A stretch of DNA of 63,951 nt, counting the filler, from Reclinomonas americana ATCC 50394 (Eukaryota), in NCBI GenBank assembly GCA_048213135.1. It is 12 parts of 10 records of this genome, joined end to end, with 100 filler letters (N's around TTAATTAATTAA, not from the genome) between each part and the next. Parts side by side here need not be neighbours in the genome. Positions count along the whole stretch, not along the records: positions 16,314 to 39,389 come from AFZH01016648.1; positions 39,490 to 41,118 come from PS016076.1; positions 41,219 to 47,918 come from PS016076.1; 9 more parts are not named here. One strand, written 5' to 3'. The position numbers and the translations under genes are program-made. Numbering within the stretch: the first letter of the stretch is position 1; every line of letters begins with the position of its first letter. The notes under the pieces were generated by a model that was not told where the DNA came from, did no database searches, and saw only the letters and a program-made list of their open reading frames with translations. Shown here in pieces: positions 35,901 through 46,897 of the stretch.

Positions 35901-37069
35901 CCACCGCTTTGCATTATTCTAACCGCACTACCTTTTGCAATGCAGTCATTCAGCTCCATTCCGTACGAGAAAGGTATTGCGATAAAATGGGCATGGCATT
36001 GCACATTGGTGGCGTCGCTAACCACACTGAAACGATGTAGGCTTCTACTTGCTGTATTACCTGGAGGAACTGGTCGGTGGACCGCAGGCCTTTGAGCCGT
36101 TCCTCACTCACTACTTTAACAAGGTTCGCATATCCGCCATGTGGTCAGCCGACTTTGATTGTGTGGCGCTGACAGCGACTCCACAATAGTACAAATACCG
36201 AACGCTGAGTGCGGAGGAGATGAAGGAGACGTTTATTGAGTTCTTCACCGGCAAGGTCAGTGCTGCAACACTGGAGTCGATCGACTGGGAGACGTGGTTC
36301 TACACTCCCGGTATGCCCAAGGTCACCAATGTGTACGACCGCACATTGGCCCAGTCGTCTCTGGATCTGGCACAAAAGTGCGTGTGTGTGCGCGCGCGTG
36401 TGTGTGTTTCGATTGTCTGCTGTCGTGACTGACCCACGCGGCCGCTGGTCAGGTGGCACGATGCCAAGGGCGAGGGCTGTTCGGCGGCTGACATTGCTGG
36501 CTGGCACTCACGTCAGACGGGTATGTTCATCACGCGTACACTGTTGTTGCTCGTTTCGGTCATTTTATCATTCACTCTGTTGTCCCCCCCGCAGTGTACT
36601 TCCTGCAGCAGCTGATCTTGTCGTCGTGTCCGATGGATCACGATGTCATTCGGCATCTGGACTCGTGCTACTCATTCTCGAGGACGAAGAACAGTGGTGC
36701 GTCCATGTGTGCTCTCGGGTGCATCGCTGTTGTCTCCCTCTGATCAGTCCGTCCTGCAGAAATCCGCCATCAGTGGCAGACACTGTGCTTGCACTCCAAG
36801 TTTGAGGAGGTCTTCCCTCAAGGTGCGTCGCTCAGTGTGGAGAAGTGTGTTACGTTCGTGTCTGTCAACTCACGCGAGCTGCAAACACAGTTGAGGCGTT
36901 TGTTCGCGAGCAGGGTCGCATGAAATTCATCCGACCACTCTATCGTGAACTGGCCAAGTGCAGTGACGCGGGCCGAGAGCTGGCCCGACGAGTGTTCCTC
37001 GAAATGCGAGGCTTTTATCATGGCATTGCTTCAAAGATGGTGGCCAAGGATCTCGGCATTGACTCGTAA
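32903..37069 (+). CDS. LTA4H: Leukotriene A4 hydrolase-like M1 zinc aminopeptidase preceded by a ~290-aa Ala-rich linker
   Basis: [97 protein letters not shown] 37067-37069. Confidence 0.95.
33125..33540 (+). repeat. Coding tandem repeat, ~81 bp (27 aa) x5: [12 protein letters not shown](S/E)HA(A/V)AAPAQA(V/A)HAAA
   Basis: Directly visible in ORF 32882..33877. Confidence 0.9.
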
Positions 37070-37121
37070 TACGCCGCGGCTCCCCTTGTCACTTCTGCGA
37101 CGCTGGAGTTACTCTTTCTCT

Positions 37122-40100
37122 TTACGGATCGAGCGCAATGTAAACGGTCTTGGTCTGCATGAGGAGTGAGAAGGCAGCGAGTGGATTTCGCCGAATCGTG
37201 AGGCTCGTGGCCAAACCTCGAGATACTGCGTGCAAATTGCAGGTGAGCACACAGAATCTGTGTAGAGTGCAGACGCACACAACACAGCAAACCTCGCGAA
37301 GACCCTCCTCGCCGTACACGCGCCCAGTGCCCGACCTGCAAGACACTCAGCCCCCACATCAACTGATTGACAACCACCACAATGACGCGCAACTGCTTGA
37401 ATCCTCCAAAGGGTGCGCCAGGCTCCACCACTGTGCACAAACAGTGAGTCACAGAAGGGCGCAGAAACACACGCAGTCATTAGCCACGAATTGGACGCAC
37501 GGCCGTAGCTGTGGTGGCATGCAAAAGAGAGGATGCTGCATGAGAAAAACGAGAGAAGTAACTGTCAATGTGCAAGGATGACCTCACCAGTTGACCCACT
37601 GCACACGGGAGGCAGCGACACAGTAGTGCATGATTAGATCAGCGAAGTGTGCGAGACTAGCATAGAGAATCGAGTGTCAACGAACCACGGTGCCAGCGCG
37701 CCTGCACATGGGATGCGACAGCATCAGATATGAGATATTAACCACACAAGGGGAACAGTGGGTGAACACGCAACACGGAGCGCATGATCGCCATGGCCTT
37801 GGAGACGTCCTTGACCAACACGGCAGCCGCCAGACCGTACGAGGTGTTGTTCGCCTGGCGTCGTGTGAGGGAAGAGAAAAAACGAGGGACGCGCAAGCAG
37901 CAATAACTCAACTTGCGTGATAGCCTCGTCCAGCGAGCTGAACGGCGACACCACCAGGACGGGCCCAAAGATCTCTGCGGCACTCCCCGAGGTGAGGAGC
38001 CAAGAGAACAACTACGCGCGTCGCACGGCTGGTGACTCACCCTCCTTGACGATGCGCATGTCGGGAGTGCAATCGGCTGCTCCAAAAAGGGATTCAGTCG
38101 CACACGAAAGAAGTGCGCAATACATCAACAACACGCCACCCACCAAAGATTGTCTGCGAAGGACCACAAGGTGTGAGCCATGCAGTCCGAGTGCGAGTAA
38201 GATTCACAGACAGCAAAGACGTACCGGCTCGACAAAGTAGCCACGACTGGAGGCGCGCTTGCCTCCGCACATCACGCGGGCACCCTCGCGCTTGCCAATG
38301 TCAATGTACGACAGCACGCGACGCATTTGGTCTGCCAGAAGAAAATGAGTCATCGCCGCAGCAAGCAAGCTGATTCACGATTGCTTAAACAGTCACAAAC
38401 CCTCGTTAACAAGCGGGCCCTGCTCCGTGTTCTTGTCGAGCGGGTTACCGACGACACGCTTCTTGGCGCGAGCAGCCGCCTTTTCCAGGAACTGCAACAG
38501 ACGGCAAGTGGGCCCCGAGTACTCTCAGCATCTCGACGATCAGAAATACCGCAGCACCTTCTCGTACACGCTGTCTTGCACGTACACGCGCGAACCGGCA
38601 CAGCTACATAAGTGGAGGAGGTGGTGGAGAAGTGAATGATGTGGAAAGACAGAGCGCTGCGTACATGGCCAGACTGATACTCACCAGACTTGACCACTGC
38701 ACCGAAGCGACACGAGGGTGAGGACGCGAGGTGAGTGCAGTCGCAAGCAACACAACATCAACGCACGTGTTGTAAAAGATGGCATTGTAGCTCTGTTCGA
38801 CAGCCCAGTCGAGATCGACATCGTCAAAGATGATGAGCGGCGACTGGGATGGAGAAGTTTCAAAAAAAAAAGTAAGTGAAATGTAGGGAGATCACAGAGA
38901 CGATATCGCCAACATGCCGACCTTGCCACCGAGCTATACGGGAACATCGTGAGCACGCAGGATTACAATGGGACGTGTGCGCCAATTCAAACGTCACCTC
39001 GGTGGTCACGCGCTTCAGGTTGGACTCGGCGGCAGCTGTCGAAAATAGTCAGCGACAGATTCGGCGGAAATGAGCTCGAGTCACTCACCCTTGTGAACCA
39101 GACGGCCCACTGTCGTGTATGCAGATTGAGATGAATGGTCAAAACGGGAAGACAGCATTTCGCACACGACAAACCTTCCGTCGACTGCGGAAGACACAGG
39201 CGAGAAGACAAACAACGAATGAGTCGCGAGGAGAGGAGAAGGGGGAAGAGAGGGGGAAGGAGAAGGGGGAAGGCGAAAGGGGAAGACGAAAGGGGAAGAC
39301 GAAAGAGGAAGACGATGGGGGAAGAGATGGGGGAAGAGATGGGGGAAGCGAAGGGGGAAGTAAGGGGGAAGTGAAGGGGGGAAGTGAAGNNNNNNNNNNN
39401 NNNNNNNNNNNNNNNNNNNNNNNNNNNNNNNNNTTAATTAATTAANNNNNNNNNNNNNNNNNNNNNNNNNNNNNNNNNNNNNNNNNNNNAGAAGGGGGAA
39501 GTTAGGGGGAGCGAGAATGATAGAAAGAGAAAGGCGATGAGCTCAGAGACAAAAGAGAAAGATTATCGAGATGAGTGAGGAAGAAAGGAGAGCGAGTGAG
39601 ACAACAGCTGCACAAGCATGGAGGGCTACGCAACTCCAGTGAATGAGACCTTGTCGACGTCCATGTGGCGCTGTATTGGGGTGAGATATCAGAGACTGTC
39701 GATGGTTGATTGAAGAAGAGAAACGCACAGTCAGCGCTTCGCCAGTCTCTGCCGCACCCGGCACAATGTTAACGACACCTGCGGCGACGTGAGCGACAGC
39801 AACTTCAGGGGGCGGTACAAGTGCACAAACCAGGCGGGATGCCGGCCTCCAGCACCAACGTGCCAATGTAGAGAGCCGACAGTGGGGTCTGCTCGGCGGG
39901 CTTGAGCACGACGGTGCAGCTGAAAAGAAGTCACAGTGAGCGCCACCACGTTGAAGTATCAGCCCGACAAGTGACGCCCGACATACCCAGCAGCCAGGGG
40001 AGGCGCGATGCGAGATATGGCCATGAGGAAGGGGAACTGTGTGGCGACAAAGTGATTGAGCAGCTGAATCGACTGCACGAATCATGCACACGCGTGCAAG

Positions 40101-42068
40101 CGCAACGTTGAATGGCCTGCGGGAAGTTGTGTACGTGGTGAGAAGAAAATGAGCGCACGAGCAGAGCAAGGTCACAGTGACTCACACAATGAGGCCGCAG
40201 ACTGTCGATCAGAGAGACGAACAAGGGGTGAGTGCAGGACAGGGACTTATTCTGCATGCAAACGAGCCGCGTACCGCCAATCCTGCAACAAAAAAGAGTG
40301 AGTCCACGATACCTGATCAAACCACTCTTGCACATGTGCGTACGCAACGGCTCCAACACGGTCATGGTGTGGAACTTTGGGTGCACCGGCAGCACGTTGC
40401 CCGACGGCACCTTGTCGGCGTAGCCGGCGTAGTGGCGCACGTAGTGCACGGCGGTCTTGATTTCGCCCGTGGCGTCGCTAATCGGCTGTCACCAGCAACA
40501 GAACAGGCAAAAAGGGTCAGCTGCGTCGCAAAATCAAAGACGACGCGGGGTGGAGGCACGGCGCCCACCTTGCCCGAGTCCATCGACTCGATGACGGCGA
40601 TCTCGTCAATGTGAGCCTCGATTACGTCGGCCTGGGGGGAGCGCAGATTAGGGGAGAGGAAGAGTAAAGGGCGAAGGGAGAGGAGAAGAGCAACACAGCG
40701 CACACAAACCAGTCGATTCAGCACACGCTCACGCACGGCACCGTGAGTGTTGCGCCACTTTTCAAACGCCGCACGAGCCGCAGCAACGGCCTTGTTCACC
40801 TGCACCTCGGAATACCAAAAAATGAGACACAAGAAGGGGGTGGCGGCGGCGGGGGAAACGAGTGCGCAGGCGCAACGTCCTCCTTGGAGGCCTCCGACAC
40901 GTGCGCAATGGTCTGCCCAGTGGCGGGGTTCTCCACAGCGAACGAGCCGCCGTTCACCGGCGACACCCATTCGCTGAAGGAGAAAAGGAAAGGGTAAGAA
41001 GAGGAAGAAGAGAGAGGAGAAGGAGGAGAAGAAGAGGAAAAAGTGGGAAAATAAGAAAGAGGAGTAGGAGGAGGAGGAGGAGGAGGAGGAAGAAGAATGA
41101 GAAGAAGCAGAAGAAGGGNNNNNNNNNNNNNNNNNNNNNNNNNNNNNNNNNNNNNNNNNNNNTTAATTAATTAANNNNNNNNNNNNNNNNNNNNNNNNNN
41201 NNNNNNNNNNNNNNNNNNGGAGGAGGAGGAGAACAACAACAAGAAGAAGAAGAAGAAGAAGAACAAGAAGAAGAAGAAAAGAAAGAAGAAGAAGATGGAG
41301 AAGACGAAGAAGAAGAAGAAGAAGAGGGAGTGGAAGAAGAAGAGGAAGAAGAAGAACAAGAAGAACAAGAACAAGAAGAAGACGAAGAAGTAGATAAAGG
41401 AAGAAGAAGAAGAGGAAGAACAAGAAGAAGAAGAACAAGAAGGAAGAGGAGGGGGAGGGGGAGGAGGAGGAGGAGGAGAAGAAGAAGAAGAAGAAGACGA
41501 AGAAGAGCAAGAAGAAGAAGAAGAGGAAGAGGAAGAGAGATGACAGAGCGATTTTGCATGCAATGCCCGCAACTTGTTGATGAACAGCTTACTCATGATG
41601 GGAACACCAAAGCCGCTCAGCTGCCCATCCGAACCCGAAGAAGACGCTCCTGCAAAAAAAAAAAACGTGAGAGAGAGAGAGAGAGAAAGAAAGAAAGAGA
41701 AGAGAGAGAGTGAGTGAGAGAGAGAGAGAGGAGGGGAGTGAGCGTAAGTGAGTGAGTGTGTGAGTGAGTGTGTGAGTGGGAGAGTGGGAGAGTGAGTGAG
41801 TGTGTGAGTGAGTGAGTGAGTGAGAGAGTGGGGGAGTGAGTGTGTGTGAGAGAGAGCGAGTGAGTGAGTGTGTAGAGAGTGTGTGAGTGGGTGTGCAAGA
41901 GAGAGATTGAGATGCAAAGATGCAAAGACACACACACACACACACAGAGCATGCAAACATGCACTCACCTGCACACTCCTCCACTCCCGCACACTCCACA
42001 ACACTCTCCACAACACGCTCACTCAACTGCGACAAGAGCACATCAACACGACGACGTTGCTGCTCCAT
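37122..42068 (-). CDS. Aldehyde dehydrogenase (ALDH1/2-like) with N-terminal PTS2; more than 20 exons
   Basis: [112 protein letters not shown]. Confidence 0.96.
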
Positions 42069-42630
42069 TTTCAACAAACAAACAAACAAGACGGAAAATT
42101 AATAAAATCGATCAAAAAGAATGCATCTCGGCGACCCGGAACCGAAAAAGAATGGATCTCGCCCTCTCAAAAGAATGGATCTCTCAGCCGAAGCTGTGAA
42201 AACAGACCGTTGCCGCGAAATGGCAGCCGGGAAATCCGGATTTCCATCACGGTTGGAATATCACGGTTTCGTAATTATAAGTGAAAATACGATCGCTGCG
42301 GAGTCTTCACCTCTCGTTTTTCACTTTCTTTCCTGTTGAGTGCTTTAACCGAGGCTCGAAAAGAAACCAAGTGAACTCCCATCATTGTGCTGACTCTGAT
42401 CGTTCACGTCGAATTCGATCGCGAAATTAATTGGCACGTGCACATTTCCGTATAAGTGGATCGATATCCATGGACGCTTGCAGCATGCGCAGCGCATGCA
42501 ATTGACTTTCTAAATGTTATCCAAAGCAGTCTAGAGGAGCATGCAGGAACAGTGTTGTCGCTGGTTCGGCACGTTACCCAGAGGTTTTGTCTGATTCGGA
42601 TCTTTCGTCCCATACAATCAACACACAAAC

Positions 42631-43019
42631 ATGTTTTCTCTTGTGCGACGAGCTGCTTTGTCGTCGTTTTCGTGTCGATGTCGATGCTTGTTTTCATCGA
42701 CTTCTCCTCCTGTTTCTGTGCCTCCTCCGCCTTCGCCAGTGGATCCTGCGGAGAAGAGCTGGATGCAGCGAGCGGCGTTGGGGCCGCGCATTGATAAGTA
42801 CTCTGCAAAGGTGTGTGTGTGTGAGAGAGAGGAGAATGTGTGTATGTGTGTGTGTGAGAGAGAGAGAGAGACAAGTCGTGATTGATTGAGATGTGATGCA
42901 TGCAGATCACTTCGTAATCAGTCTCCTCTCTCGCCTGTTGTCTCTCTTTCTCTCTCTCTCCCTTTTGTGCGTCATCCGTCATGTATCTGCCGCTTGCAAC
43001 TTGACTCCTTTCCCCTCGT

Positions 43020-43058
<39 letters not shown>

Positions 43059-44620
43059 CTCGCACTGATGAAGACAAGCAGCTGTCTCGTTTCTCCATTG
43101 TCTCTCTCTCTCCTACTTCCTTCGTGCATTCACCACTTGCAAGTCCATGTGATCGCTGTCCCTCGCTCACCTTACAGTGTCGACACAAGCAGGCGCACTT
43201 TGTGGTCAGTCTCCTCTCTCTGTTGTCTCTCTTCTTCGTGCACTCACCACTTGCAAACCCTTGTGATCGCTGTCCCTCGCTCACCTTACAGTGTTGAAAA
43301 CAAGGAGTCGCACTTGATTGATGTCTCCTCCCTCCTGTTGCCTCTCGTTCTCTCTCTCTCTCCCTTTTGTGCGTCGTCCGTCATGTATCTGCTGCTTGCA
43401 ACTTGCTAGTGTCGCCGTCTCATTGCGGTGTTGACTCCTTCCCCCTGTTGTCTCTCTCTCTCTCTCTCCCCTTTTGTACATCATCTGTCATGCATTCACC
43501 ATCTCTGTCCTTCGCTCGTTACAGTGTCGACACAAGCAGTCGCACTTTGTAGTCAGTCTCCACTCGCCTGTTGTCTCTCTTCTCTCTCTCCTGCTTTCCT
43601 TCATACACTCACCACTTGCAAGGCGCTGTGATTGTTGTCACTTGCTCTACTTACAGCAGCAAGTCGCACTTTGTAGGCAGTCTCCTCTCTCGCCTGTTGT
43701 CTCTCTTTCTCTCTTCTGCATCTTTCGTGCATTCACCACTTGCAAATCGCTGTGTTGTCTCTTCGTCTCTCGCTCTCTCCGTCTCCTTTGCACGGATGAC
43801 GCTCATCCCGTGTTTGCAGTGGATCCTTGATGACGACCTGCGGCACTTGTTCTCACGGGCGGCTGCCGGCGCTGTCTACGCAATGGTTGTGACGACAGGC
43901 GCGTGTGCACCTTACTCGCTGCCTGTCCTTTCTGTGTGCTGACTTTGCACACAACACGCAGTGTTGACGAATTTGGGGGTGGATGTCAAACCGCTGCTGG
44001 GCTCTCTCGGTGCGAACTCATCGCCCGAGTGGGTGGGTTTGTTGCCTTTTGTACTCACATCTTCTCGTTGCGCAGGCATTGCGAGTATCACGATTGGCTT
44101 TGCCCTGCGGTTCGTTTCCGCCCTCTGCTATGCTCTCTCTCGGTCCGTGTTGTCACTCACTATCCCGACGCAGTGACATTGGTGCATCGAATGCTTCTTC
44201 CAGCGCTGCTCTCTTCTCCCCATCTGGACTGACACTCTCTCACTGCAGCATCCAACTTTTTGAGTGGCGTTCTTCTCGTGCACAGTCGGCCGTTCACCCG
44301 CGGTCAGCACATTCTCGTCGGCAAGCAAGTGGACGGTGTGGAGGGCCTGGTGCTTCGCGTGGACCTGCGGTACACGTATCTGCTGACGTCGACAGCCGAT
44401 CGCCGAACCATTGCCGTGCCCAACTCGGTGAGACAGCACGACGGAAGCAGCGCCGTCTCTCTCTCTCTCTCCCCACTGCTCATCCGCGTCACTCCCGCAG
44501 CTCGTCATCAATTCGCCGATATTTGTGCGTGGTGTGGTCCCCGAGAGTTACAGCCCCGCTGGAATCCACGACAAGGTACCCGGCAGCACCTCCAATGTCG
44601 GCAGCAGCAAGACGACATGA
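42631..44620 (+). CDS. Small MscS-family mechanosensitive channel with a predicted mitochondrial presequence
   Basis: MFSLVRRAALSSFSCRCRCLFSS; LTNLGVDVKPLLGSLGIASITIGFALRDIASNFLSGVLLVHSRPFTRGQHI..EGLVLRVDLRYT..IAVPNS. Confidence 0.9.
42900..43760. repeat. Degenerate intronic minisatellite (~110-120 bp units interleaved with CT tracts) in MscS intron 1
   Basis: Recurrent CA(T/C)TCACCACTTGCAA..CGCTCACCTTACAGTGTCGACACAAGCA..GCACTTTGT..CAGTCTCC near 43125, 43240, 43492, 43606, 43729. Confidence 0.8.
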
Positions 44621-44733
44621 CCTCGCGATTGAGTGAACCACCACCACCTCAAAAACAAAACCCTCCACTATATTGGCAATCTCCATAACATTGTCGCCAT
44701 CACCGCACCACCACTCTACACCCCACGTGCGCA

Positions 44734-46158
44734 TCACGGCGTTCCCCTGTACCACACGGGCGAAGTGGGTGTCATGGACGGGAAGGATGCCGTCGGTGAC
44801 GATACTGGCGACACAGCTCTGGTCGACACGGGCGTCGTCAGCAACGAATGAAACGGATACTGCACGGGGGCGCCCTGCAGGCGGCGCAGGCTGGACTCGG
44901 CGGCCACCGAGGTGGCCGAAATACGAGCTCGTGCACGTTCCTCCAACTGCAGTAACAAAACAACGGTGAGCGAAGAGCGACGGGGAGGTGCGATTGTGTT
45001 ACACGACGATTGCGCAACTGTTTCACGTTCAATGCGCTCGTGTTCCAGCTGCGCAACAAGATGTGAGACCACTTGCCACAATCCCGCCCACTTTCCCACT
45101 TCTCCACGCCGACGTACCCGCTCGAGCCACGTGTTCCGCGGCTTTGGGGCCGACACCTCCTCCAGATTGGCATATCGTTCCTTGGCAGTGCGCACCAACT
45201 GTGTGTACGTACTACGTGAGTACAGAAACACATGTCGGACGACTCCCCGAGTGTGTGCGACGCACTTGCAGTTGCCGCTCCATCTGCACCGACGGACGAC
45301 GAGGTGAGTCAACATACTGGACACGAGAGGCACTGCACGACACACAAACAAACCATTTGCGCTGTTTCGTCTTGTAAGGCCTTCAGATGCTGTGCGCCAT
45401 CGATGAGCGATCGCCCACAACGACATCCACCGAACAAGCGCACGTACCTCCACTCGCTGCTGCATGAGGCTCACACTGGCATCGACGTCCACCAACTCCT
45501 TCTCCGTCTGCGCGATCACGATCGATCGTTCAGCAAATGAATAGGCGTTTGATCTCCCACACATAGACACACTCACGTATTCTCGCGGAAACACGGGCAC
45601 AGCAATGGCCGCCGAGTCGTAGATCCGCTGCGTCTGGCGTCGCATCGACTCCTGTCGCACACATACGCACACGAGCGTGTGAGAAGGGATGAATCATGAT
45701 CCAACCCACTGCCATCTCTCACTCACCTCTGCGTCGGCCGCCGACACCAGCATGCGAGTGCGACTGAGCAGCTCTTGTGCCTCGCGTGTCACTCGCAGCG
45801 CCTGTGTGTGTGTGTGTGTGTGAGAGTGAGTGCGATGGAAAGAAGAGAGAGAGAGAGAGAGTGGTTGTGTGATTCGACAACGCAACATCGGTCTCTCGTC
45901 GCAGCTCGGCCGCGTATCGCGCCTGTGCGTGAGTGTCAGTGTGTGTGAGAGTGGTGGTGGTGATGGGGAGAGCGTGAGAGCACGCACCGTCGCACTGAGC
46001 AAGTGCAGTCGGTCTTGATCCTCTTCTGGTTGTTCTTGTGGCGATGGTGCAGGCGGCTGCTGCTCCGCGACTGGCTTGAGTGACATGGGCGACGCTTGAC
46101 TCCACGCGGAGGGCGACGCGAGCGACGGCATACTGGCGGGAGAAAAAGAGTGGGCCAT
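44734..46158 (-). CDS. Hypothetical coiled-coil protein, multi-exon
   Basis: GT-AG exon chain: MAHSFSPASM..ELRRETD-ALRVTREAQELL..TEKELVDVDASVSLMQQRVE..LEHERIERE..SPVWYRGTP*. Confidence 0.6.
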
Positions 46159-46897
46159 TGTGCGCGCGTCAGGGACCAAAGAAGAACGAGAGAGAGAGAG
46201 TTGGTCAAAAGTTTTTGGACATCGGTATTTGGATCGCGGCTCCCGCGGCCGGTGTTTTCGACAACTTGGCTTTCGCTAGCTGTTCAGTGAGGGGCATTGG
46301 GGCTGTAGAGGAGAGTGAAATCGAAGCAAGACGGAAGTCGGGTGAGATCGGAAATGGAGAAAAAACATACACACAAGAATTCGAAACCTGCTAGCATGCT
46401 GCTGCCCAAGATTGGTATTAGTGTTGCTGTTTTGGAAATGGTTGAACTTGGTCATCAAGACAGCTGTCGCTTGTTTGCTGGTGAATGAAATTGTTGTTGT
46501 TGTTGTTGTTGGAGGGTGAGCAGCGATCATGATCGACCGACCATGAAGCCATCGATCCCTCATCGACCATCATGGCCAGCAGCAGGCGGTCTCTCGCACC
46601 ATCAATCATCAGTCATCATTTCTTCCAGAGGAACAGCAGTCACAACAAACGGGGCTTTTCATGCTCTTTGTGAATACAAACAAGAGAAGAACGGACAGAT
46701 ACAATTGGATTACGATTGTGACTGCTCCGTTCTTCTCTTCCAGAAACCTCAGTATACTAAACAGTAACTATCACTAATTTGCATGTTGCAGTCGGCTTCG
46801 GGGGTGTTTATGATCCTTAAAAAAACGAATACATAGCACGCCAGATGCATGCACGCCACCCCAGAGACCGGAAAGCAGCAGGTGGTGTACCACGCTG

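Noticed and set aside
41219..41540. Poly-Glu/Arg or poly-Ser/Phe/Leu ORFs
   Set aside because: (GAA/GGA)n purine tract inside an ALDH intron; the same applies to 39230-39390 and the (GA)n/(CA)n ORFs elsewhere.
42900..43760. CRISPR-like array
   Set aside because: Units are long, degenerate and separated by CT microsatellite rather than unique spacers; no cas genes; eukaryotic intron.
46418..46640. Small Asn/Gln-rich ORF on the - strand
   Set aside because: Driven by an (AAC)n tract; no convincing link to neighbouring exons.
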